DNA from: Perkinsus olseni | Taxonomy: Eukaryota | NCBI GenBank assembly: GCA_013115125.1 | Contig: JABANN010000040.1 | Span: 1-64,000 of the forward strand | Length of the DNA stretch: 64,000 nt | Direction: 5' to 3' | Shown here: positions 13,195-23,491 of the stretch, piece after piece | Numbering within the stretch: the first letter of the stretch is position 1 | Layout of the letters: every line of letters begins with the position of its first letter | The notes under the pieces: generated by a model | The model's database searches: none | What the model was told of the DNA's origin: nothing | Seen by the model: the letters and a program-made list of their open reading frames with translations, nothing else | Translations under genes and position numbers: made by a program

Positions 13195-16100
13195 ATGGCG
13201 GACGTCGCCGCACTACTTGAGTCAATAGAAAGGTCTCAGTCGGAGGTCGAAAGTGTGAAGTTACGGATAGCAAATGTAGCTGGTAGTACTGCAGGGAGAG
13301 GATGGGAGGCTTCGGGATGGATTGCATTTATACCTGCGTGACGGCCATGCGCTGATGACTTCCTTGTTGAGGTCTCACTGATCGCTCCTTGAAACCGCGT
13401 TGATTGAGGAAGCAGCGCACTAACTCCGTTTTCGTGCTCCTATTGTTGTGTGAACTGATCGCCTGCTCTGCGGCGTATCGGGAGACCCGCTGAGAAATGT
13501 ATCCTGAAGGTAAACTGAACCAAGTGAGGATGGCGGTTGCAACTTCGTCGGGGCCCTCCTCGGCCATGAAGGACGTTGGTACTAATCGGCTGAGAGATGA
13601 GATCGCTAAGGCCCGAGACGGGATTAAGCAGTAAGGAGACTGCGAGTTTGAGCTGAGCGGCGGTGGGAGGGGGTCTGGTTAGGTTCAAGAATTTGATCAA
13701 GGACGCTGCAGAGGCAGCCGCAGCTGAGGAGCAAACTACGATGGGATTCGGGGCGCTCAAAAAACGCATGGCGCACGATGACAAGACTAAGACACTGTAA
13801 TGACAGGCGAGTGTTGGTAGCCGGGATGGGTGATTGATAGGTATGAGAGAATCGGCGGCGACTTGACATTGGAAACGGCTGTGGAGATGGCATACGGCCG
13901 AGCGCTCCAGGACCCGAGGACAAGGTAGTGCTGGCTGACTCTGGTACGATCACTCGGTGTTCGAGCTTCCACATATCTGCCGAACCTTTGCCGGCTTCTT
14001 TGTGAACTCCGTCGTGGTCAGGGCCTACTTCGAGAAGAACCAGCGGAAGATGGCTTCTATTCGACAGAAAATGCACCAGGTGACAATGCTATGATAAGCC
14101 GCAGCCTGGGCGGTAGCATGCTTGGTATTTCAGTTCCTCTCGGGGTTGATGGGTGGACCGGTACTCTACGACGAGGAGAATGTGAAGCCCGCCCATTATC
14201 ACATGAATATTACTGACTACCACTTCGATGCGGTGAGTCCCTGTTTCGCAGTACTTGCAACTGCGGTAACCTCGATACGGGTGCAGGTGGTTGAACACTT
14301 CCAGAATGCCGTCGAGGAGCTGGGCGTTCACCCAAATGCCGTACTTGACGCTGTTACGGCTTTCCGGACGGTGATTGGACTGGCTGTCTGGGAGGAGATA
14401 GTGAAGGGATGTTCGATCAGGTTCGCAGGGAGATCACTACAGGTTGCACTGTGCGCATGGAAGTAGCACGGCGGAACATGGAGAAGGGGAAAGACCTTCT
14501 TTATAGGAAAGTTGGCGGTACTATCAGTATGAGCGCTGGAAATGGGAGGATCTTTGGCGCCTCAGAGGCGAAAGGCGTTGCTAAGTTTATGGAGAGGCTT
14601 TATGATCTCATCTGTATTGATACGCGCATAAAAAAGTTCTTCCAAGGCAAGGATGTTAACAAGTGGGTTGATGGGAAGTCGAAGGCGCGTCGGCCTGAAC
14701 TGAGTTCGTCGATTAGGGTCAAGAAAAGCCAGACTGTGTTCTTCACGGAAGTCCTGGGGGGTGACAATAAGTGGAAAGGTGGGGGCTGCTGAGATGATGA
14801 TAGATCGAAAAAATGTGAATTTTCAAGGTCGGTCCATACCAGAAATTCATAAGGGCATGAATGTCGATGACTACCACTTCGACTGTTTGCTCATGAACGC
14901 AGAGAAGGCTCTGTCGGGTCTTGGTGTGGAGGAAGACACCATAGACGAGGTGACACCAGCGGGGGGTGTTCTGTCACTTAGCGGGAGATTCCTGAGGGCA
15001 GGTACTGGTTGTGCTGGAAGGGTTCCGCGCGGAGGTACTGAATCGTAAGCGAGGGATTAACGCGGCACATAAGGTGGTAGACGGGAAGACAGTCCTTGAG
15101 CGACTGGGAGGAGAGATGAATATGGAGTCCCTCATCGAGACGATGTGAGCTCGGCCGTGCCAGCAGGTCGGAGTCGTTCTCGAAGGCTGAGGAATGCAGG
15201 TATTCTGGATGCCTAGTAGACCCAAGAGTCAAGTACTACTTCGCGCTGGAGCCGGCCAAGATGACGAATCTAAAGTCGAAGATGGTAACCCCGCCTTGCT
15301 ACTGGTGGTTATGAAGAAGTCTGTCGCAACAGGCACAAGTCATAGTTGGGCTCAGTGGCGGCCCGGCGGTCTACGACTTGAAGCGTCTTCGGCCCCTTCA
15401 TTACAACATGAATATCACCGACTACCACTTCGATACGATGCTCGAGAACCTTCGCGTGAGTTTTGTTCGGGACACAATCGCCGAGAATTGCGAACCGTCC
15501 ACCGCACCCGTGTTACGATGGTCGTCATGTGTGTAGGTGGCATGTGAGATGATGGAGCTCACTCCAGAGCTTACGCGGGATATTGCAGAAGTTGCCGCAT
15601 CTGTGCGACCGGACATCACGGCTGGGTGCACTGTTCGACTGGAGATCGCCCGGAAGAAGACTGAAAGCGCCGGTACTGTTGGGAGCGGACGAATTGACGG
15701 CGCTAACTCAGGACTGATCGATGCCTTCCGATATTTCGTCTTTCCTTTCCCACGGCCGAGTTACTGAGAGCGGCGTTCGAATCATGATCAAGTGTGACAG
15801 GCACGGACGGGCTCTTCTGCGTCCTCGGCGGAGATGAAGGGGTGATGAAGTTCATGGACAAGCTGTATGAGTCGGTACTACTGGACGATCGAATCCAGCA
15901 CTTCTTCTCGGGTGCTAAGCTGGACTCCGTGAAGAAGAGTCAAGGTAGATGCGGCACCCGTCGCTCCCACTCTTTCCGGTGATCATTATCACCAGTCGCG
16001 CTCTGAATGCCCCGTTTTATTATGAGCTGTGCTGGCTTTCGCTGATACTGTGTCTCTTCAGCGGAGTATGTGGCGCAGCTTTTCGGCTCCGCCCGGGAGT

Positions 16101-19100
16101 ACATGGGCAGAGAGCTCCCTCGGATACACGCGATGATCAGAATTGCCGACTTCCACTTCGACTGCTTTATCGAACAGTGCAGGAAGAATTTGGCGGCATG
16201 CGGGCTGGATTCGGACTCTGTGGACGAATGTAGTGAGGGCAGTGGTTGTCAAGATCAGTCCCGAGTTACCCACGCTAGTCGTTTCGATCCCGCCGTCCGA
16301 CTCGTATTGAGGCATCGTGCTCCTCTTAAAAAGTGCGAGCTCGGGAGTTTCGTATCGATTGATGTTTCAACGGCGTTCCTAGCTAGTGTAGCTTAGTGGC
16401 AGAGCGTCAGTTCTGTAACCCGAAGTTCTGCGATTCAATCCAACCAATCAGCTTCTATCGTTGAATTAATTCGTCGAAAATTTCGCTGAAAAGTCGGCAT
16501 TTCCTGTACACTGAAGGTTGGCGGTTCAATCCCGCCATTTGGAATTTGGTACCAAAGTTTGGAATCAGGCAATTTCCAGTATCAATTGACACTTTTCCGG
16601 CTTTGAGTGGTTTTTCAAGGCGGTTTAGCTTGATGGTAGAGTGTCAGTGTTGTAAACTGAAGGTCGGCGGTTCAATCCCGTCATCCGGCTTGTATTGCTC
16701 CATTGACTCATTCGAAACTTTTCGGAAAATTTGGAATCAGGCAAGTTTTAGTAACAATTGACACTTTTCCAGCTTCAGTTGGCATCTCAAGCCGGTTTAG
16801 CTTAGTGGTAGAGCGTCAGTCTTGTAAACTGAAGGTCGGCGGTTCAATTTCGCCATTCGGCTTGTATTGCTCCATTGACTCATTCGGAATTTTTCGGAAA
16901 ATTTGGGCTCAGGCAATCTTCAGTGTCAATTGACACTTTTCCAGCTTCAATTGGCATCTCAAGCCGGTTTAGCTTAGTGGTAGAGCTTCAGTGTTGTAAA
17001 CTTAAGGTCGGCGGACCAATCCCGCCATCCGGTTTGTATTGCTGCATTAACTCATTCAGAATTTTTCGGGAAATTTGGAATCAAGCAAGTTTTAGTAGCA
17101 ATTGACACTTTTCCAGCTTCGAAAGGGGTTTCAAGCCGGTTTAGCTTAGTGGTAGAGCGTCAGTCTTGTAAACTGAAGGTCGGCGGATCAATCCCGCCAT
17201 CCGGCTTATGCAGTAGCTTTTCAAACCGGTTTAGCTTAGTGGTAGAGCGTCAGTGTTGAAAACTGAAGGTCGGTGGATCAATCCCGCTATCCGGCTTATG
17301 CTGCATTGACTCATTCGGATTTTTTCGGAAGATTTGGAATAAAGCAAGTTTTAGTAGCAATTGACACTTTTCCAGCTTCGAATGGGGTTTCAAGCCGGTT
17401 TAGCTTAGTGGTAGAGCGTCAGTCTTGTAAACTGAAGGTCGGCGGTTCAATCCCGCCATCCGGCTTGTATTGCTTCATTAACTCATTCGGATTTTTTCGG
17501 AAAATTTGGGCTCAGGCAATCTTCAGTGTCAATTGACACTTTTCCGGCTTTGAGTGGCTATTCAAGTCGGTTTAGCTTAGTGGTAGAGCGTCAGTCTTGT
17601 AAACTGAAGGTCGGCGGTTCAATCCCGCTATCCGGCTTATGCTGCATTGACTAATTCGGAACTTTTCGGAAAATTTGGAATCAGGCGATTTTCAGTAGCA
17701 ATTGACACTTTTCCAGCTTCAACTGGCATCTCAAGCCGGTTTAGCTTGATGGTAGAGTGTCAGTGTTGTAAACTTAAGGTCGGCGGACCAATCCCGCCAT
17801 CCGGCTTGTATTGCTGCATTAACTCATTCAGAATTTTTCGGGAAATTTGGAGTCAAGCAAGTTTTAGTAGCAATTGACACTTTTCCAGCTTCGAAAAGGG
17901 TTTCAAGCCGGTTTAGCTTAGTGGTAGAGCGTCAGTCTTGTAAACTGAAGGTCGGCAGTTCAATTCCGCCACCCGGCTCGTATTGCTCCATCGACTCATT
18001 CGAAACTTTTCGGACAATTTGCAATCAGACAAGTTTTAGTAGCAATTGACACTTTTCCGGCTTTGAGTAGCTTTTCAAGCCGGTTTAGCTTAGTGGTAGA
18101 GCGTCAGCCTTGTAAACTGAAGGTCGGCGGATCAATCCCGCTATCTGGCTTATGCTGCATTGACTCATTCGGATTTTTTCGGAAGATTTGGGATAAAGCA
18201 AGTTTTAGTAGCAATTGACACTTTTGCAGCTTCGAGTGCGGTTTCAAGCCGGTTTAGCTTAGTGGTAGAGCGTCAGTCTTGTAAACTGTAGGTCGGCGGT
18301 TCAATCCCGCCATTCGGCTTATGCTGCATTGACTTGATGCATTGATTTAGGGTCTACGTAGTCTAAGAGTTTCTTCCTTAGGCACAGTGCTGCTTGAGAC
18401 AGCGCGGGCGTCCGTTGTGCACCCCGATCTGAGAAAGCACGACTCCAAGCGAGCGCAGCAGTTAGCAAATATGAAACCGATGTAATCTCATCTCCAAGCG
18501 AGCCTCTTTCTCTTTTTAGGGTATGGTTTTTTCTCTATTATCGCACTTTTGATGCGCGGTTCGAATCACGTAGGCTTTGGATGGGATACTGACTCATTAG
18601 GTACGATCGGATTGGAGGCGAGCCTGCACTTACTAAGCTTATTGACATAGTATACGACAAGGCACTTGTGGACACGAGTCTGCGTAGCTTTCTCGAGAAG
18701 AATAAAGCCAAGGTTTCTTCTATAAAGAAGAAGATGATTCAATTCCTGTGTGGAATAACCGGTGAGTGCGCTATCATAATCAGCGCTAGCTATCGACGTG
18801 CGCCCAATCCTATGTCTACCGTCAGGGGGTCCAACCAGCTATGATGCCAACGATATGCTACCGGCGCACTACAACATGAATATCACGGATTATCACTTCG
18901 ATGCAATGTTGATACTCATCCGAGAAACCTTCCTTCGGGAGCTGGATATGAAGCGAAGTAGGCACGGGAACTCCGGTTGCGCATATTCGGCCGTTGGCTC
19001 AGGCGATTCTCGGGAACTCATGAAACTGCTGCAGCCTGTGAGACCGATGGTTACTACAGGCTTTGGCGTGAGGAGAGAAATAGCGTTGAAGAATCTGTCA

Positions 19101-20647
19101 TTAGGCAAAGACCAGCTGTACAGGAAGTGAGTACTATCAGGCTCGGCTAGGCCGTCAAACGAAGCAGCTGAGCTATCGTCTCATCGGAGGTTCTTCCGTT
19201 TAGGCTGGGCGGCGAGAAGGGCATTCGGGAGACCCTGAATGTTCTGTACCAAATCGTGGCCACCGATGCTCGAATCAAGGAGTTCTTCGTCGAAAAGAAA
19301 ATCAAAAAGATAAAAGAGGGGCAAACGAAGTACTTCATCGAAATGTTTGGAGGGCCGAAGACGTCCACCGGCCGCGAGCTCTACGCCATCCACGAGAATC
19401 TTGGAGTCAATGATTTCCACTTCGATGCCTTCATGGCCGACCTCCAGCGGGCTATGCTCGGCACTGGCGTTGATGAGGTGATTATGGATGAGGTGCTGAT
19501 CACCGTAGAACAAGTACGACCTCAAGTGATGGGCAGGAAGACTGTCGAGGGTAGAGGGACCCTGGAGTGATTGGGCCCGACTGAGTATGTGTATTCAGTC
19601 GCCGGAGTGATGAAGAACGGCAAGACGCTGCTGATGCGGCTAGGTGGCGATATGAACCTCGAGTCTCTCGTCGAGAATATGTGAGTTGCCCTGAAAAGGC
19701 CGCCCTGCCTCGGGCGTGAGATTCTCAGGTACGATCGTGCCGTTGTGGACTCGAGGGTGCAATTCTTCTTTAATCGAGACAAGGCCACACAGAGGAGGAT
19801 CCGCATGAAAATGTAACGCTTTCTCTCCACTGTACCGTCGCACTAGCTGCATGTGAACCAGGTACCAGTATCTCAGTGGAGCCTTTGGTGGCCCGGTACA
19901 GTACGACCCTGCCAACTTGAAGCCAGCTCATTATAATATGAACATCACCAACTATCACTTTGATGCCATACTAGAGATCTTAACTAGAGCTGCCAAGGAG
20001 ATGAATATTGATGCTGACACGATGGACGATATGACCCAGGTCGGTGGCTGCTGGATGTAGTGTGCAGTACATCGCCATTATCATCGGCAGGTCGTGAACG
20101 GTATCCGCTCTGACGTTACCATCGGCTGCACGGTGAGAATGGAAGCTGCGAGAAAGAAGAACGAGACCGACGGCTTGGATCAGCTATTCATGAAACTGGG
20201 CGGCCACGAGGGAATCTCCACCTTCATCAGTCGCCTGTAGTCACATAGCGTGGGTGCTCAAGGGATGGGTTGAATGTCGGCAGATATGAATTCGTCGAGA
20301 GAGACAACAGAATCAATATGTTTTTTGAAGGCTCCAAGCTGGAGCTCATCAAGAAGGCCCAGGGCGACTACATCAGCATGCTGCTCGGAGGTGCTGTCTC
20401 CCGTACTTTTGGTGGACACAGCGGTGTCTCCTTAGGTTCGTCCGAGTACAACGGGAGAAGCCTCGAGGAAATCCACCAAACCCTCGCCATGACTGACTTC
20501 CACTTGGACTGCTTCCTCCAGTGCGTTCAGAAGGCCCTCAGGGACTGCGGCGCCGAGCAGGACACGACTGATGAAGTTGTCGTTCGACTGGAGTCTGTTC
20601 GGAAGGCGATCCTCCACGCTCACTACTCCGACGCCCAGTACAGCTGA
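13195..20647 (+). CDS. Polymeric group-I truncated (2/2) haemoglobin: short N-terminal helical region plus 8 tandem globin domains
   Basis: Spliced translation gives eight units, each with an LYxxLGG-like start (VGE in domain 2), Tyr B10, a D.R...FF-like CD region, a GG hinge (GS in domain 4), proximal His F8 and HFD/HLD. Starts: YERIGG (~13842), LYRKVG (~14500), LERLGG (~15095), LFCVLGG (~15812), YDRIGG (~18602), LYRK|LGG (~19115), LLMRLGG (~19628), LFMKLGG (~20184). Ends HAHYSDAQYS*. Confidence 0.92.
16382..16453 (+). pseudogene. Highly degenerate tRNA-Thr(TGT) copy
   Basis: GCTAGTGTAGCTTAGTGGCAGAGCGTCAGTTCTGTAACCCGAAG...TTCAATC; anticodon and T stems broken. Confidence 0.7.
16619..16690 (+). 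pseudogene. tRNA-Thr(TGT) copy 1, likely defective
   Basis: G2 mismatch in acceptor stem, D-loop AG changed to GA, G at position 32. Confidence 0.65.
16791..16862 (+). tRNA. tRNA-Thr(TGT) copy 2
   Basis: Cloverleaf with TCAGT-CTTGTAA-ACTGA; invariant C61 changed to T, so function is uncertain. Confidence 0.65.
16963..17034 (+). pseudogene. tRNA-Thr(TGT) copy 3, defective
   Basis: GGTTC changed to GGACC in the B box; anticodon stem mismatch (ACTTA). Confidence 0.75.
17135..17206 (+). tRNA. tRNA-Thr(TGT) copy 4
   Basis: Matches the array consensus except T54 to A (GGATCAA). Confidence 0.6.
17225..17296 (+). pseudogene. tRNA-Thr-derived copy 5 with anticodon TGA
   Basis: TCAGT-GTTGAAA-ACTGA; A1, T54 to A and T-stem wobbles. 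Confidence 0.7.
17394..17465 (+). tRNA. tRNA-Thr(TGT) copy 6 (array consensus)
   Basis: GCCGGTT TA GCTT AGTGGTA GAGC G TCAGT CTTGTAA ACTGA AGGTC GGCGG TTCAATC CCGCC ATCCGGC T; intact A and B boxes, T6 run ~25 nt downstream. Confidence 0.9.
17566..17637 (+). tRNA. tRNA-Thr(TGT) copy 7
   Basis: Consensus apart from two changes that give G-U wobbles. Confidence 0.8.
17735..17806 (+). pseudogene. tRNA-Thr(TGT) copy 8, defective
   Basis: GGACC B box, ACTTA anticodon stem, altered D loop. Confidence 0.75.
17907..17978 (+). tRNA. tRNA-Thr(TGT) copy 9
   Basis: Intact anticodon arm; one A-C mismatch in the T stem. Confidence 0.65.
18079..18150 (+). pseudogene. tRNA-Thr(TGT) copy 10, likely defective
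   Basis: C-A mismatch closing the anticodon stem, T54 to A, additional wobbles. Confidence 0.6.
18248..18319 (+). tRNA. tRNA-Thr(TGT) copy 11
   Basis: Intact boxes; T-T mismatch at the top of the anticodon stem. Confidence 0.7.
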
Positions 20648-20699
20648 AGGCCGCCCTCGGGCGCCCAAGGCGCAGATGGCGGACGCCCTACCGCCGTTT

Positions 20700-21861
20700 A
20701 TATTGCTTCACACGCATGACCATTTTTGATGTGCATCTGATGTGCTCAGCGGCAGCCTTGAGGGTCGAGTTGAAAGCCATTCGGTTGAGCTCCCCTCAGC
20801 TTCCTTTCGCGGCATGGCCACTCCGGAAGGCAAGCGGCCACGATGTCTCGCCTGCCTCCTTGGGATGCTCCGCGGCAGTCGGTCGAGACTGCATGCTGTA
20901 GAAGTTAGGCTGACAGACGACGATGTCACGTTCAACAGCGGAGCGAAACAACAGAAGCGCGTCTCGAGGACGAGGCGGTTCAACACTAGAGCCGCCCAGA
21001 CCGACGAGTCTACTGTTGGCGGTGGAGGCGGCCGGAAGCTTTCTGTGGCCGTACCTGTGCCGTGGGCTGGGGACCTCCCGACCACACCGATGTCCTTCAG
21101 GAAGCAGAGGACTCCCAGTGGTGATGGATTCTGGGAGGCATCCCATGATCTGACGTAATTGTATCTTCGCAGGTTCATCATGTGGTGAGAATCCAGAGGG
21201 GGCTGGGAAGGCCGGAACCTCCGTAAGCTCCGGACCTGAGCTGCTGCAGGGAACGCGGTATCACGTTGTGTTCCTTGGAGACACCGATTCGGTAGTATGG
21301 ACGACATCGCTCGCTGCAGGGACTTGATGCAGAGAGCTCGAGCAGGCGAGTAGCTTTCTCAGGTTTCTTACTCATCATCGTCGTCAAGTGCTTTGTCATC
21401 AATTTCTTCGTTCCAGCGCTCGACATGTGAAGGCGAGGCGGAGGAGGTGGTGGTGGATGCTGCTGGTGATGACACGAGTCGCAGCGCGGTAAGCAGTCTC
21501 TCACGCCCGCAGCATCACCTAAGGGAGCTTCGCATAAGCCTGATACTTCCCTGGCCCCGTCCATTCGTCACCATCGTCACAATTCGACTCTAGTGTCGAT
21601 CTGAGCTCGGAAGCATCGGCATCTTGGTCCTCGTCTTCAGTGTGCTCCGCCCGAAGAGTCACAGGAAATCGTGGCGGCTCTACAGCGACGCCTTCGAGAG
21701 CGCGAAGCCCAGACTCGAGCGTTGATGCACCGCTGGCGGGCATACGTCCGAGGCGGTGCGGTCCATGATGTGGATCGGATAATTAGTATGAAGATAGAGT
21801 CCCCTTGTGGCCTTCGCCGGGGCGCTACAAGCTCATTAGCTCTCTCGTAGTCATCATGCAT
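20700..21861 (-). CDS. Hypothetical protein (multi-exon)
   Basis: Minus-strand exon-like stretches (ESGLRALEGVAVEPPRFPVTLRAEH; PRDALLLFRSAVERDIVVCQPNF) separated by plausible introns; model and ends uncertain. Confidence 0.35.
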
Positions 21862-21974
21862 ACTACTCCTACCAGTGACAATTCTGAAAGTTGTTATGAT
21901 CACTATCCTCCTGCCTTGGGTTCAGTGCGAAGGCCAATCATTCCGTTTTTAAGGGCGATATTGCCTTCGTAGTG

Positions 21975-23470
21975 ATGTCGCAGCATGCACCGCATTCATC
22001 AGCGTTACTGGGCTTGGAGGATCCAGACAGCCTCGTGCCGGGCCTACTGAGACTCAACTTGGGAGGAGGGGATTCGCAGGAAAAGGAGGTTGAGGCCAGC
22101 GGCCCTGAAGTCGGAAAGGACCTCCCCGAGGGAACTCCGGAGTTCGTTCCGAAGCCGGGTGAGCTGTTCGCCTTCGAAGGCTCCCGGAAGTTTTGTCGGG
22201 CGTCAGGATTCGTCGTGAAGACCATATTAGAGAGATGCACGAACGGAGGGGATATGCAAGCGAGGGATGAGAAGGGCGAGGCCGTGGCGGAGTTTTATGT
22301 TAATGTTTGCTACGACTACAGGTGAGGAGTCAAAGCGGACTTGATCGGCTCCGACGTCCTCCTTTCAGAGTCCTGCAGCCTCAGACTCGGGAGGGCAAAC
22401 CGGCCAAGGAGCTGGAAACGGCGCTCATACCGGTCTCAATAGGCCAACGTCGCGAGGATATGAAAGCCTCAGAGAAGGCCATCAAGAAGCGCGTAGGGCC
22501 CTTCCTGTGCCTTCCAGATGGATCCCTCGGGCTCAGGTTATCGTTGACGTTGTGGTCCATACTGACGTAATGGTGAAGGCAAAAGACAATGCACAGTTCA
22601 AGAGGTGAGCGTCGGCCCTCTAGGAGTGCTTGGAATGGCGTCCATTAGGTTCGTCGGCTTGCTATGTCTCGATCGATTGATCGATCTAGAGAGGATGATG
22701 GAGGCCTACAACCGCGAGTTTGAAACGCCTATGGAGCAGCAGCAACCAAAGGCGATTCACACCACCATGTCGGGTGTGCACGGAGTACGCTATTCTCCTT
22801 CCACGTGTTCCCTTGCATCTCTCGGACCTCAGGCATCGGTCGCCGCTCTGCGCTTTCGGGAGGCAGCACTAGAGCTGCCCAAGATATCGTACACAGTGTC
22901 CGCCCTCGTCGGCACTTCTCGAGCTCTGTAGTGTTTCAGGTACAAAGCTGGCAAGCAACCTCTGCCACACGTCCTGCAAGCCGACGCCGACCCCAAGCTG
23001 GTGCACGCGGGGTCCGCCAAGGCTAAGGGGGCTGATTCGACCTCGGAGGCCAACCCGTCCGCTGAGAGGAAACACGAGCCTCAGATCGTGCCGCTCGGTG
23101 GGACCTCAGGAGGTGACTTTTTATTACGTGAACGAAAGACTGTGAGACTCCATTAGCCGATCACCCGATTGCGTTGCGAGTTTGCTTGACACATGTCAAC
23201 CTTATCTGACGGTTTGCAAAGGGCACTGCGGAGCTCTAGGCAGAGGGAATGTATTAGATCGTACTGGATACCTTTCGGTAAGACGGAGTCTTAGCTAGGG
23301 TATGGACTTCTCGAGTCTCGGAGATGATGCTTGTGATGGACAGACTGTGAGATGCGCTAGTGTTTCGTGGTCGTGCACAGCCCCCGAGACTGTGGAAGCG
23401 GATTCTACCGGGAGGAAGGGAAGTGCTCTAGCTGACAGTGACCTCGCTGAGCAACATTCCTGGGCTTGAT
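21975..23470 (+). CDS. PIH1-domain protein (R2TP / dynein-assembly co-chaperone family)
   Basis: FVPKP|GFVVKT...EFYVNVCYDY|RVLQP...LIPVSIGQRRED...VIVDVVVHTDVM...FKR|FVGLLCLD...YKAG follows the PIH1 N-terminal consensus; 3' end uncertain. Confidence 0.75.
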
Positions 23471-23491
23471 GAACAGGGCCTATTCAACAGT

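Larger units (their letters stand above)
16278..18335 (+). repeat. Tandem array of ~169-172 bp units, each a tRNA-Thr(TGT) gene or pseudogene plus a ~100 bp spacer, inside a globin intron (~16230-18381)
   Basis: Eleven full-length 72-nt copies start at 16619, 16791, 16963, 17135, 17225, 17394, 17566, 17735, 17907, 18079, 18248, with eroded fragments at ~16278-16310, 16382-16453 and ~16504-16542. Spacers carry T4-T6 runs and a conserved CAATTGACACTTTT. Confidence 0.96.

Noticed and set aside
16546-17877. Five similar short ORFs (SRFSLVVERQSCKLKVGGSIPPSG)
   Set aside because: They are translations of the tRNA repeat units, not proteins.
16619-18319. CRISPR-like repeat/spacer appearance
   Set aside because: The repeats are 72-nt tRNA cloverleaves, the spacers are homologous to each other, the context is eukaryotic and there are no cas genes.
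16619-18319. Reading the anticodon as GTA (Tyr)
   Set aside because: The stem TCAGT/ACTGA encloses the 7-nt loop CTTGTAA, which centres on TGT (Thr).
1-20647. Functional link between the flavin oxidoreductase and the multi-globin as reductase partner
   Set aside because: They are 13 kb apart with unrelated housekeeping genes between; eukaryotic adjacency gives no support.
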